This document shows positions 33,438 through 43,429 of a stretch of DNA of 64,000 bases, piece by piece. Made by a program: the position numbers and the translations under genes. Origin of the DNA: Pirellulales bacterium (GTDB lineage: Bacteria; Planctomycetota; Planctomycetia; Pirellulales; JAEUIK01). Position 1 is the stretch's first letter. The number at the start of each line of letters is the position of its first letter. Below the pieces are notes generated by a model that saw nothing but the letters and a program-made list of their open reading frames with translations, did not search any database and had not been told where the DNA came from. The stretch is taken from NCBI GenBank assembly GCA_019745975.1, contig JAIESQ010000002.1, forward strand, positions 26,595 to 90,594. The letters are read 5' to 3'.

Positions 33438-33477
33438 GACGCAAATTCCCGGTCAATCTTATTCTGGGGGACCCCCG
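33438..33477 (+). repeat. 40-bp repeat GGACGCAAATTCCCGGTCAATCTTATTCTGGGGGACCCCC
   Basis: The reverse complement recurs at 48005..48044 with one mismatch. Confidence 0.85.
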
Positions 33478-33503
33478 GGGGGTAGCCCGCGACCATTGCC
33501 GCA

Positions 33504-34244
33504 CTAGTGAACGATTTCGATCTGTGGGTAACTATGCCGCAGCCGCATCGCGCGGATCGCGCCGATCTTCGTGCGCTCGATGTTCAGCCATTCGAGCGAG
33601 GCGAGGCTTTCGAGCACTTCCAAGCCGCGGTGGGTGACGGCGGTGCCGCTCAGATTCAACCGCACCAGGCTCGGCAGCGCCGCCAGGTGCCCCAGCGCGT
33701 CGTCGCTGATAGCCGCATCGGATAGATCGAGCCTCGTAACCGAACTGAAGACTTCGGCGAAGTCGGCCAGGAACGCCAGGTCCAAATCGCCGACGTTGGC
33801 CCCGGTCAGGCGAACGGCGGCCACGCGGTCGAGCAGTTGGGCGAAGTCGGCGCCGATCTCGCGATCGAGCCAGTCGAGATGTTCCAGTTCGTACTCGCCG
33901 CCGCGCCGCGACAGCTCGTCGAGCACCGTCGCCTGGTGCAGGTAGCGGTCGGTTTGGGCGCCCAACCACTGTCGGCGGCTGGTGAAGAACTCGGCGTAGA
34001 GCTTGGCCTGCTCGTAGAAGTGCTGCAGCGCCAGAAACGCGGCCTGCGAACCCCCGGTGTCGGGATGCGCCGCACGCACCTTGAGTCGATAGGCTTGCTC
34101 GACGTCGTCGAGCGATACGGGAGGCAATAAACCCAATGCCGTGAGAAACTCGGGCCGCTCGTTTTCGTCGGGCTTGCCGCGGCCAGCAGCTTGCCCGCGG
34201 GGACGATTTCGCGGCGATGATTCATGGGGCGGCATGCGTGCCAT
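33504..34244 (-). CDS. J-domain protein fused to leucine-rich repeats
   Basis: LDDVEQAYRLKVRAAHPDTGGS (J-domain helix II plus HPD). The C-terminal half has LRR units (VTRLDLSDAAISDDALGHLAALPSLVRLNLSGTAVT...). Confidence 0.75.
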   Translation of the reverse strand: MARMPPHESSPRNRPRGQAAGRGKPDENERPEFLTALGLLPPVSLDDVEQAYRLKVRAAHPDTGGSQAAFLALQHFYEQAKLYAEFFTSRRQWLGAQTDRYLHQATVLDELSRRGGEYELEHLDWLDREIGADFAQLLDRVAAVRLTGANVGDLDLAFLADFAEVFSSVTRLDLSDAAISDDALGHLAALPSLVRLNLSGTAVTHRGLEVLESLASLEWLNIERTKIGAIRAMRLRHSYPQIEIVH

Positions 34245-34472
34245 CTTATCGGGCGGCCGTGGCGCGACAAGCGGGCGTGTAGCGTACCTCGGTCACGGAT
34301 CGAGTTTGGCGGCACCCGAACCCTCGAGTGCTCGACAACGTCCTTACAATCACAGGGCGGTGTGTACAACTAGCGAACAATCGTGGAGATCGACTCGACG
34401 AGCGGGTGGCGCGCTGTCGGCCCCGCGTCGGGTTGAATTCGCCTGGTGGCTGACCTATAAACGAACTATCGA

Positions 34473-34556
34473 GCCGAAGTGGCGGAACTGGCAGACGCGC
34501 TAGCTTCAGGAGCTAGTGGGGGAAACCCCGTGCAGGTTCAATTCCTGTCTTCGGCA
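34473..34556 (+). tRNA. tRNA-Leu (anticodon CAG)
   Basis: Acceptor stem GCCGAAG/CTTCGGC plus discriminator A. Anticodon arm CTAGC-TTCAGGA-GCTAG. Long variable arm GGGGGAAACCCC. T-loop GGTTCAATTCC. CCA is not encoded. Confidence 0.9.
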
Positions 34557-34632
34557 CTTGTTTGCAGCTAAAGGTTTGCGACGACCGGTCGCAAGGCCTT
34601 TTGTATTGCTCGATTACCAGCGGACTAGCCGT

Positions 34633-36294
34633 TCACTTCGCGCTGGAGAGCGTCTCGATCTCCTTGGCCGAGAGCGCCGCGCGATAAAGCCGCACGTCTT
34701 TCGTCCGCCCACGCAAGTGGTCGTGCGGGCCGGCGCCGAGCAACAGCGGCCGGTCGTTGTCGAGATTGAAATCGTTGCCCGGCGGCAGCTTCGCGCGAGC
34801 TACTTCGCGGCCATCAACATACAGCAACAACTCGTCGCCTGAGCGCACGCCGGCCAGATGATGCCAGCCAGGCGCGAGTTCGTGATCGTGCGTCACCGAG
34901 CAGCCGGCTTGCCACGACCAGACATGCCCCGACGGCAGCGTGCCGGCGAACAAGCGCCCATCGTGCACAGCCAGCGACCAGACGCGGCGATAGGTCACGT
35001 CGGGCGTGTGATCGACGCGCCCCACGAGGCGCCACTGACTGTCGCCATCGAAGTTATTGTCGAAACGATAGATGTTAGCCAACGGCAGCGTGCCGGCGTA
35101 GAACGATCCGTTGTAGACCACCAGCGGCATGACTTCCCTTTCTTCGCCCAAGCGCCCGCTGTTGAACCACTGGTTGGGCCCGTCGTAGCGGTAGACGCAG
35201 CCCGTCGGCCAGGTGCCGACGTACAGCGATCCGCCGTAAACGCCGAAGCCGTAGGTCTGCGTGTTATCGAGCAACGAGCCGACGACTTGCCAGCCGCCGT
35301 CGGGTTCGTAGCGGTGGATCTCGGCGGCGTCATAGCTGCCGGCGAAGATCGCGCCGTTGAAGACGGTGAGCGCTTCGACGCGGCGATTGTTGGCCGTGCC
35401 CAGCGAGGTCCAGGATGTTCCACCTTCGTAGCGAAAGAAACCCGGCGAGTAGGTCGAGCTGGCGTAGAGCTTGTTGCGATAGACGACCAGCCCGTTGATG
35501 GCCTCGATCGTGACATCGTTCGCGCTTGTGGTCAGTCGGCCGCAGTCGATCCACTTCTGTGTGTCGTCGTCAAAGCGATAGACGCTACCGCCCAGAGTGT
35601 CGTTGGGCGAATCGGTCAAGGCCGAGCCGCGCAGGCGATAGCGGGCCGTGGCGGCAAAGAGTTGCCCGTTGAACTCGGCCAGCGCCGCGACCGAGTTCGC
35701 GCGATCGGGGCTGCCGAGGTCGTGCCAGCGACCCGGCGCATCGTAGCGGTAGACGTGCCCCGCCTGGTCGGCGCCCGGCTCGCAGGTGCCGGCGTAGAGC
35801 CTTCCGGCGTGCGTTGCCAGGGCGAAGATCAGTACGCTGTTGCCGGGGCGACCTTCGTCGCGCCAGTTGGCGTCGCGGTAGTCGTCGTCGATGCCGAACT
35901 GCACCTGGCAGCGGTTCGAGGTGCCGCTGGCGGCCGCGGCGTTGGTGACAATCGAGAGCTGAAATCCGCGCCGCTTTTGGGAGTCGAACTTGCTGACAAC
36001 ATCGCCCACGACGTCGTCGAGCGCGGCCGGAATCTCGACGTAGGCGGAGACCGTGAAATCGCCGCTGCCAAACTGGAGCACATCCGAATCGGAAGCTTCG
36101 ATCCGCGACGATCGCCCATCGAAGGAGGCTCCCGCCGTGGTGAATTGCACCTCGTGGGCGACACTATGAACGCCTTGCGATCCGGCGTCGCGAGCATCGA
36201 TCGTTAGTGGCCAATGGGCAACCGGTTCGGCGGCGACGACAGGACTGTTCAGCAACGCCAGTAGCCAGCAAGTCGCTGCGAATCGCTCAAGCAT
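34633..36294 (-). CDS. secreted LamG/concanavalin-like domain protein with beta-propeller-like repeats
   Basis: Signal peptide. N- and C-terminal jelly-roll-like segments (FTVSAYV..., LLLYVDGREV...VRLYRAALS) flank repeated ...LYAGT.../...VYRYD... units. Confidence 0.65.
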   Translation of the reverse strand: MLERFAATCWLLALLNSPVVAAEPVAHWPLTIDARDAGSQGVHSVAHEVQFTTAGASFDGRSSRIEASDSDVLQFGSGDFTVSAYVEIPAALDDVVGDVVSKFDSQKRRGFQLSIVTNAAAASGTSNRCQVQFGIDDDYRDANWRDEGRPGNSVLIFALATHAGRLYAGTCEPGADQAGHVYRYDAPGRWHDLGSPDRANSVAALAEFNGQLFAATARYRLRGSALTDSPNDTLGGSVYRFDDDTQKWIDCGRLTTSANDVTIEAINGLVVYRNKLYASSTYSPGFFRYEGGTSWTSLGTANNRRVEALTVFNGAIFAGSYDAAEIHRYEPDGGWQVVGSLLDNTQTYGFGVYGGSLYVGTWPTGCVYRYDGPNQWFNSGRLGEEREVMPLVVYNGSFYAGTLPLANIYRFDNNFDGDSQWRLVGRVDHTPDVTYRRVWSLAVHDGRLFAGTLPSGHVWSWQAGCSVTHDHELAPGWHHLAGVRSGDELLLYVDGREVARAKLPPGNDFNLDNDRPLLLGAGPHDHLRGRTKDVRLYRAALSAKEIETLSSAK

Positions 36295-36967
36295 CGGCCG
36301 ACTCTCCTACCAAGGGCACAAAACGGCATGCCGACAGGTGTTGGATCTCAGCTCGGCCGTCGCGCTTGCGAATGCGCTCGAGCATCTGCCCGTCATCGCG
36401 CCCGACCGGGATCACCAGGATGCCGCCCTCGGCCAACTGCTCGATAAGCGCCGGCGGGCAGCGCTCTGCAGCAGCCGTGACGATGATGCGATCGTACGGC
36501 GCGCCGGGGAGCCAGCCTTGGCTGCCATCGCCGACCAACAGCTTCACGTTGGAGTAGCCCATTTCGGCCAAGGCCGTGGCGGCTTGATCGGAGAGCTCGG
36601 CGTGCCGCTCGATGGAGACGACGTCGTGGGCCAGCTCAGCGAGCACCGCGGCTTGATAGCCGCTGCCCGTGCCCACTTCCAACACGTGTTCGCGGCCGGT
36701 GATCTCGAGGGCCTGAGTCATCAAACCCACGATGTAGGGTTGGCTGATCGTCTGCCCGCACTCGATCGGCAGCGCGCGATCGGCGTAGGCTTCGGCCATG
36801 CTCTGCGGCAGCACGAACCGCTCGCGTGGCACGCGCGCCATGGCGTTGAGCACGCGCGGATCGTCGATCCCCCGATCCAACAGATCGCGCGACAGCATGT
36901 GATGCCGAGCCGAATCGAGCGCGGGGAGCGGACGGGGCCGGTCGGGTACATCCATAGGGCGATTCAA
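36287..36967 (-). CDS. pcm: protein-L-isoaspartate O-methyltransferase
   Basis: GQTISQPYIV, VLEVGTGSGYQAAVLA and YDRIIVTAAA motifs. It overlaps the downstream gene by 8 nt. Confidence 0.9.
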   Translation of the reverse strand: MNRPMDVPDRPRPLPALDSARHHMLSRDLLDRGIDDPRVLNAMARVPRERFVLPQSMAEAYADRALPIECGQTISQPYIVGLMTQALEITGREHVLEVGTGSGYQAAVLAELAHDVVSIERHAELSDQAATALAEMGYSNVKLLVGDGSQGWLPGAPYDRIIVTAAAERCPPALIEQLAEGGILVIPVGRDDGQMLERIRKRDGRAEIQHLSACRFVPLVGESADA

Positions 36968-37049
36968 CCGCGCCGGGCGCGGTCGGGCAAGCTGGCGGTG
37001 ACCGGTTTGGCTACCGATTCAGCGTCGTGCGCGGCCAACAGCGGCAGAC

Positions 37050-37661
37050 TTGCTAGGGTCTGCAAAAAAAGCTATGTCCCTGATGAGGCACGTCTTGTGT
37101 CCAGCGGCATGCTCGTTGCCGTCTTGTTTCCGATTGATTGAGGAATGCACGTTGGATCATCTGCTTGCTGCCGCGCTCGCCGAGGCCCGTCGCGGACTGG
37201 CCGAAGGGGGAATTCCGATCGGGGCTGTGCTGGCCGTCGATGGCGAGATCATCGGCCGCGGACGCAATCGTCGGGTGCAGCGCGGCAGCGCCATTCTGCC
37301 TGCGGAAATCGATTGCCTGCAGAACGCCGGCCGGCTGTCAGCATCGACCTATCGCCGCGCGGTCTTGTACACCACGCTTTCGCCGTGCGACCTGTGCGGC
37401 GGGGCGGCGCTGTTGTACAAGATTCCGCGAATCGTGATTGGAGAAAACCGCACGTTCTGCGGGCCGGAGGATTACCTACGGCAGCGCGGCGTGCAGCTCG
37501 ACGTGCGCGATAATGCTCAGTGCCGCGAGTTGCTCGAGGCGTTCATCGCCGCGCGGTCGCATATCTGGCACGAGGACATTGGCATCTGCGGCACGCACAC
37601 GACCGAGCTGACGCTGTTACGCGCCGACGAGCTGGTCTACTGGGCCGTCGGCTCGATGTGA
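37050..37661 (+). CDS. cytosine deaminase homolog (Fcy1-type CMP/dCMP deaminase fold) with altered zinc ligand
   Basis: It aligns along its length with yeast Fcy1 as I recall it (GGIPIGAVL, LYTTLSPCDLCGGA, IPRIVIGEN, WHEDIG). The H(A/G)E motif reads PAE. The start codon is uncertain. Confidence 0.8.
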   Translation: MLGSAKKAMSLMRHVLCPAACSLPSCFRLIEECTLDHLLAAALAEARRGLAEGGIPIGAVLAVDGEIIGRGRNRRVQRGSAILPAEIDCLQNAGRLSASTYRRAVLYTTLSPCDLCGGAALLYKIPRIVIGENRTFCGPEDYLRQRGVQLDVRDNAQCRELLEAFIAARSHIWHEDIGICGTHTTELTLLRADELVYWAVGSM

Positions 37662-38560
37662 ATCACCGCGTCGAGCACGCCCAAGCTCGAGGCGAGCAAG
37701 GCGTTCTTGACGCCGTGCGAGATGTCGTGCCCGACGCGCACGCTCATCCCGGCGTCGACCTGCACATGCAGGTCGACGAAGTACCCCAGGCCGCTTTTGC
37801 GGATGCGGCACTTGTCGAGCCCCGCCACGCCGGGCACTTGTTCGGCAATCGCGCGCACCTGCTGCTCAAGCTCGGGGGGTGGGGCGACGTCAAGCATATC
37901 GGCCAGCGCCGCGCGGAGAATGCGGATTCCGTTTGCGGCGATCACCGTGCAGGCCACTAGCGCGGCCCAATCGTCGGCACTTTCGAAACCGGGTCCGCCG
38001 ATGACCGCGATGCCGATACCGATGAACGCCGCCAACGAGGTGATCGCGTCGGAACGGTGATGCCAGGCATCGGCCCCCACCACGGTGCTGCCGATCGCCT
38101 CGCCGGTGCGCGCCATGCGCCGGAACAGCAGCTCCTTGGTCACTACAACGGCGACTAACACGACCAACGTGAACGGTGCCGGCAAGTGGTGCGGCGTGAT
38201 GATCTCGCGAATGCTGGCGTACGCAATTCCGGCGGCCACGACCAACAGTCCCAAGGCCACGACGAGCGCGCCGAGCGGCTCGAAGCGGCCAAAGCCGAAC
38301 GGAAAGCGTTCGCTGGGGAGCGCGGCCGACGCCTTGAGGCTCCCCCAAGCAACGACTGAACCGAAGATATCGAGCATCGACTCGACGCCGTCGGCGATCA
38401 GCGCGTAGGCGTTGCCCACCATGCCGGCGAGGATCTTGATCGCCGCCAGCACGATGTTGGCGACTACGCCCGCTAGCACGGCCCTGGCACCGCGTTGGGC
38501 ATCTTCGGCGACGCGGCGATAGGCCGCTTCAGTCTGAGCCTTGCTGGCTTCGGATGGCAA
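37637..38560 (-). CDS. cation diffusion facilitator family transporter
   Basis: Six TM helices. ALIADGVESMLD and AWHHRSDAITS motifs. C-terminal cytoplasmic domain. Confidence 0.9.
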   Translation of the reverse strand: MPSEASKAQTEAAYRRVAEDAQRGARAVLAGVVANIVLAAIKILAGMVGNAYALIADGVESMLDIFGSVVAWGSLKASAALPSERFPFGFGRFEPLGALVVALGLLVVAAGIAYASIREIITPHHLPAPFTLVVLVAVVVTKELLFRRMARTGEAIGSTVVGADAWHHRSDAITSLAAFIGIGIAVIGGPGFESADDWAALVACTVIAANGIRILRAALADMLDVAPPPELEQQVRAIAEQVPGVAGLDKCRIRKSGLGYFVDLHVQVDAGMSVRVGHDISHGVKNALLASSLGVLDAVIHIEPTAQ

Positions 38561-38578
38561 ACACCGGCTCCTGGGATA

Positions 38579-40564
38579 TTACATCTTTTCGACGACTTCG
38601 ATTCCCAGCAACGAAAGTCCGCGCTCGAGCGTGCGGGCCGTCAGGTCGCACAGCAACAGCCGGCTTGTGCGCAGCGCCTCGGTTTCGGCCTTGAGGACGG
38701 GACATTGTTCGTAGAACGTCGAGTAGCGATTGGCCAACTCGAACAAGTAGCTCGTGAGCTGGTTGGGACGAAAGTCGGCCACGGTATCGTCGAGCGCGTC
38801 TCCGAAGCGCAGCAACTCGAGCCCCAGCGCGCGCTCGGCATCGGCGTCGAGTCGGATGGCCGCACCGCTGGCGCGTAGCGCCGCCACATCGACCCTTCCT
38901 TTGGCGACAACTCCATGCACGCGAGCATAGGCGTATTGCAGGTAGGTGCCCGTGTTGCCGGTCATGGCCAGCATCTTGTCGTAGCTGAAGACGTAGTCGC
39001 TGGTGCGATTCTGCGACAGGTCGGCGTACTTCAGCGAGGCGATGCCAACGGCGTCGGCGATGCGGGCGCGCTCGTCGGCGCTCAGTTCGGGGCCGGCGGG
39101 CTTCTTGTCATCGTTCTCGGAGACGATCGCGGCGGCTCGACTCACCGCTTCGTCGAGCAAGCCTTCAAGCCCGACGGTGTCGCCTGAACGGGTTTTGAAC
39201 GGGCGCCCATCGTCGCCCAACACGGTGCCGAAACTGATATGCCGCAGATCGACATCGCGGTATCCCCAGAGTCGCGCCATGGCGAACAACTGCTCGAAAT
39301 GCAGGCTCTGCCGATGGTCGACGACATACAGCATCGCGTCCGGGCGCCAGCGCTCCATACGGTAGCGGATCGTCGCCAGATCGGTCGTGGCGTACAAGTA
39401 CGCGCCGTCCTTCTTCTGCACGATCATCGGCGTCGCCTGACCGGGCAAAAAAACACAAACGGCGCCGCCGCTCTCGCGGACTACTTCGGGAAGTTGGCTC
39501 CGTAGCTCAGCGACCAGCGGCCCGAGCTGTTCGTGATAGAAACTCTCGCCGAGTGTTTCGTCGAAGGTGACACCGAGTCGGCGGTAGATGCGATCGACCT
39601 CGGCCAGGCAGAGCGGCATGAACTCTTGCCACAAGCGGCGGTTCTCGGCGTCGCCGGCGTGCAGCTTGGCGGTTTCAGTCAGCACGTCGTCGGCGATGGT
39701 TGCGTGTTCGCGGACTAGTTTCGAAAGCTCGGGGTCGGCGTCGGCTGCGGCGAGTTTGGTTTGTGCCGCAGAAAGTTCCGCGCGCGCATCGGCGACGCGT
39801 CCATCGAGCCGGCGCTGTTCCTTGGCGGCTTTCTTCTGCGCCTGAGGATCGGCGGCAGCGGCCTGCTTATGTGCGGTCGCCACGGCGTCGGCTTCCTGGA
39901 GACGCTTTTGCAGCTCCGGCAATTCGGCTTTGGTTTCGAAGTATCCGACGAGCGTGGCGACCAGCCGGTACAACCGCGACAACTCAACCACGGGGTTCGC
40001 TTGGTACGCGGCGTCGTCGCGGAAGTGCTTGTAACCATAGAGGATCATGCCGAACTGCGTGCCCCAATCGCCGATGTGGTTGTCGCCGATCACACGGTGC
40101 CCGAGGAACCGAAGCGTCTCGACGATCGCCTGGCCGATCACGGTCGAGCGGATGTGGCCGACGTGCATGCTCTTGGCGACGTTGGGGGCGGAGAAGTCGA
40201 CGATGTAAGTTTTCGGCTGCGCGACCGGCGCGATGCCCAAACGATCGTCACTTACGGCAACTGCCAGCCGCTCGGTCAGAAAGTTGTTGTCGAGCCGCAC
40301 ATTGATGAAGCCGGGGCCAGCGACGTCGGCCGGCGCGGCCAGGCCCCTCAAATCGACCTTGGCGGCTACTTCGGCGGCGATTTCGCGGCTCGGCTTGCCG
40401 AGCGCCTTCGCCAGCGGCATGGCGAAATTCGCCTGATAGTTGCCGAAGCGCGCGTCCTGCGCGGGGCGGATCATCTCGAGCGATTTTTGCACGTCGTCAG
40501 GCGAAATGCCCAGCCCCGCCAGGACGGGTTCGAAGCGGCGGCGTAGTTCGGCCAGTAGGTTCAT
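38579..40564 (-). CDS. argS: arginine--tRNA ligase
   Basis: ATG 40564 (MNLLAELRRRF). HVGHIRS (HIGH). GDWGTQFGM. The conserved C-terminal anticodon-binding domain ends in M. Confidence 0.95.
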   Translation of the reverse strand: MNLLAELRRRFEPVLAGLGISPDDVQKSLEMIRPAQDARFGNYQANFAMPLAKALGKPSREIAAEVAAKVDLRGLAAPADVAGPGFINVRLDNNFLTERLAVAVSDDRLGIAPVAQPKTYIVDFSAPNVAKSMHVGHIRSTVIGQAIVETLRFLGHRVIGDNHIGDWGTQFGMILYGYKHFRDDAAYQANPVVELSRLYRLVATLVGYFETKAELPELQKRLQEADAVATAHKQAAAADPQAQKKAAKEQRRLDGRVADARAELSAAQTKLAAADADPELSKLVREHATIADDVLTETAKLHAGDAENRRLWQEFMPLCLAEVDRIYRRLGVTFDETLGESFYHEQLGPLVAELRSQLPEVVRESGGAVCVFLPGQATPMIVQKKDGAYLYATTDLATIRYRMERWRPDAMLYVVDHRQSLHFEQLFAMARLWGYRDVDLRHISFGTVLGDDGRPFKTRSGDTVGLEGLLDEAVSRAAAIVSENDDKKPAGPELSADERARIADAVGIASLKYADLSQNRTSDYVFSYDKMLAMTGNTGTYLQYAYARVHGVVAKGRVDVAALRASGAAIRLDADAERALGLELLRFGDALDDTVADFRPNQLTSYLFELANRYSTFYEQCPVLKAETEALRTSRLLLCDLTARTLERGLSLLGIEVVEKM

Positions 40565-40701
40565 AGCGCAGTAGGACAGAAGCAAACAATGCGGTAAGCA
40601 CAGCAGTGCGGAGACTACCCGCGCCGCGGTTCGCGACGCAAGGGCGCGAGTCGATATCAGCACATGAAGTAGGTGGCCAACACGAGAGCGCTACGAGAGG
40701 G

Positions 40702-41115
40702 TCAGCGCACGGTGCGAAGGGGCGGCGCCGCCTGCTCGAACGGCACGCGCTTCGCCTGACACCACAACTGTTCGAGCGCGTAGTAGTCGCGTGCCTCGGG
40801 ATCGAAGAAGTGCACGACCACGTCGCCGAAGTCGAGCAGAATCCAGCTTGAGCGCTGATAACCCTCGATGCCCAGCCGCTTCTGGCCTAAATCGCGTGTG
40901 AGCACGTGCTCGGTCTCGTCGGCCAAGGCGTGCAACTGCCGGCCACTGTTGCCGGTAGCAATCACGAAATAGTCGAAGATCGGGGTCAGTTCGCGAAGAT
41001 CGAGAATCTGGATGTCGCGACCCCGGTTGTCGTCGGCCGCTCGCGCGGCGGCCAGCGCGATCTCAAGACTGGTGGGATGGGTGAGGGGAGCGGGTGCGGA
41101 GACGAGTTCGCTAAT
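40702..41115 (-). CDS. rsfS: ribosome silencing factor RsfS
   Basis: DYFVIATGNSGRQ and WILLDFGDVVVHFF blocks. The start is uncertain. The ORF is open to 41355, but GGAGG followed by an in-frame ATT at 41115 marks the start of the homologous part. No ATG or GTG lies nearby. Confidence 0.65.
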   Translation of the reverse strand: MSELVSAPAPLTHPTSLEIALAAARAADDNRGRDIQILDLRELTPIFDYFVIATGNSGRQLHALADETEHVLTRDLGQKRLGIEGYQRSSWILLDFGDVVVHFFDPEARDYYALEQLWCQAKRVPFEQAAPPLRTVR

Positions 41116-41453
41116 GGGATTAACCTCCGGATGCCGTCCTTTCCTGCGCCTGACCAAGCCAGGGCTCAGTGCGTTATGCCGCCTGTAATTCAGTGTACTC
41201 AAGAACAGGACGATTCGACCAGCCTTAAGGTTCGGATTCAACCTTGCGGCCCGCCGCCTACCTGGCATCAGAGGAGCTCGCACTGGGGCAACGCGCAAAC
41301 CGCCGCGAATTGCCTCAGCGCGCCCGTGGGCCGATGTCCTGAATCTCTTTGCCATGCCCGGTATACTTCGCTGGACACTCTGGAAACCGTAGCGCCGCCC
41401 CGGCGGCTTACCACGGCGTTACTTTGTCAGCTTAAGATGAGAGCGAGCCAGAT

Positions 41454-41910
<457 letters not shown>

Positions 41911-41936
<26 letters not shown>

Positions 41937-43263
41937 CAGCCGGCGCTTCGTCGACTTTCGGCGGCGTGCTGACCGCAACCGTGCGACCACTCGGCTTGTG
42001 CCCCAGCCATCGGCGAATTCGCTTGCTCAGCGGTTCTTCGTAGAACTTGTGCGCAAGTATCCCGATCACAATGCTCACCAGCGTACACTGAACGACATAA
42101 GCTACGAGCCCCGGCGCATCGGGCCGCTTTTCGACGTCAAGCACATAGATCACCAGCCCGGTCATTAGCCCCACAATAGTCGAGTGCAGGATGTAGAGCG
42201 CATAACACGAGTCGCCCAGAAAGACGACCCAGCGGCGCGAGAACAGCCAATCAATCGGGCCACCACCCAGAGCCAATCCGTAGATCAGGCCTGCCATGAC
42301 TGGTAGGATCAGCCCGCCGTGCAGCAGCGGATAGGGAAACGACTCGGCGAACAAGAGGATGACCACCACGGCCGCAGTGCCAGGCACGGAAAGCCAGGCG
42401 CCGTTGTAGGGACGCTTTTCGCCGCGCCGCTCGGCCATGCGGCGGTCGACGAACAATCGCGCCACCATCATGCCGCCGAGTATCTCCGGCAACCGCACCA
42501 GTGGGTTGTGCTTGACCACATTGAACCACGTGGCGTCGCTGAGCCAGTCGCCGAAGCCGATTCCGTCGGGGTCGAGCAGCAGATACGCCGTGGGCGCAAC
42601 GAGCGAAATAAGCCACAGCCCGACGAACGTGGCCAAGAGTCGACGCCTGGACCAACCGTCAAGCCGTGGCAGCAAGAAGGGAAAGAGCACGTAAAACAGC
42701 AATTCGCACGATAGGGACCAGGCGGGCGGATTCCAGGCCGCCGTCATGTCAGGATTCCACGATTGCGTCATCGTCAGCGTGCTGCCGACGATGCCCCAGG
42801 TGTAGGGGGTTGACAAGTGATGGGTGCGCACCGCCAACAGAAAAAACGGCAGATACGCTAGCAGCCCCAACAAATGCACGGGATACAGGCGCCCGGTGCG
42901 CCCGGCAATGAAGTTGCGCACGCTGAAGTTGGCGCGGTTGTCGGCAGTCAGGCACGTGTAGCTCATCACGAAGCCCGACAACGTGAAGAAGAACGACATC
43001 ACGATGCAACTGCCAACGAGGATGCCTTTGACCCACCAGTGGCTTTCGCACAGCGCGGCCCCCTCGGCGCACCAGGCGGCAAATCGCGGGGCCTGCTCAC
43101 TCCCATCGCGAGCCGTGACGTAAAACACGATGATCGCGTGGTAGGCGGTCACCTGCAGCGCCGCCCAAAAGCGAATCCCAGACAGCGAGGGCAACAGCGG
43201 CGGGCGAGGAGCGGCCTGACTCATGCGAACTCGAGAAGCACGACTCGGGAAACAGCTACACAC
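41911..43263 (-). CDS. acyltransferase family 3 membrane protein
   Basis: About 10 TM helices. The N-terminal IRFWAALQVTAYH block is typical of Acyl_transf_3. Confidence 0.75.
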
Positions 43264-43429
43264 GGGGCGGCCGCACGACCGATGCGCGGGCGGTCGGATT
43301 CAGAATAACGACGTCGCGGCCCGGCCGCCACCGGCGTTTTCGGGCTTGTAGCAGCGGCCGTCAGCGGCACAATTATTCCATTCCTCCGTCGATTCCTTTC
43401 ACCGGACTCTTTGCCGAGTGACCTAAAGC

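Noticed and set aside
30100-34556. Integrated mobile element or genomic island at tRNA-Leu
   Set aside because: No integrase, excisionase, transposase or phage gene is present. By eye I found no direct repeat of the tRNA 3' end. The tract looks like repeat accumulation and gene decay rather than a discrete island. A proper att-site search was not possible here.
34858-36207. 449-codon plus-strand ORF
   Set aside because: It is antisense to the signal-peptide-bearing LamG/propeller gene and has no recognisable motifs.
37637-37661. 3'-end overlaps of convergent genes (25 nt here and 26 nt at 41911..41936)
   Set aside because: Such overlaps are common in compact GC-rich genomes. They may also reflect slightly over-extended C-termini. 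I see no evidence of functional significance.
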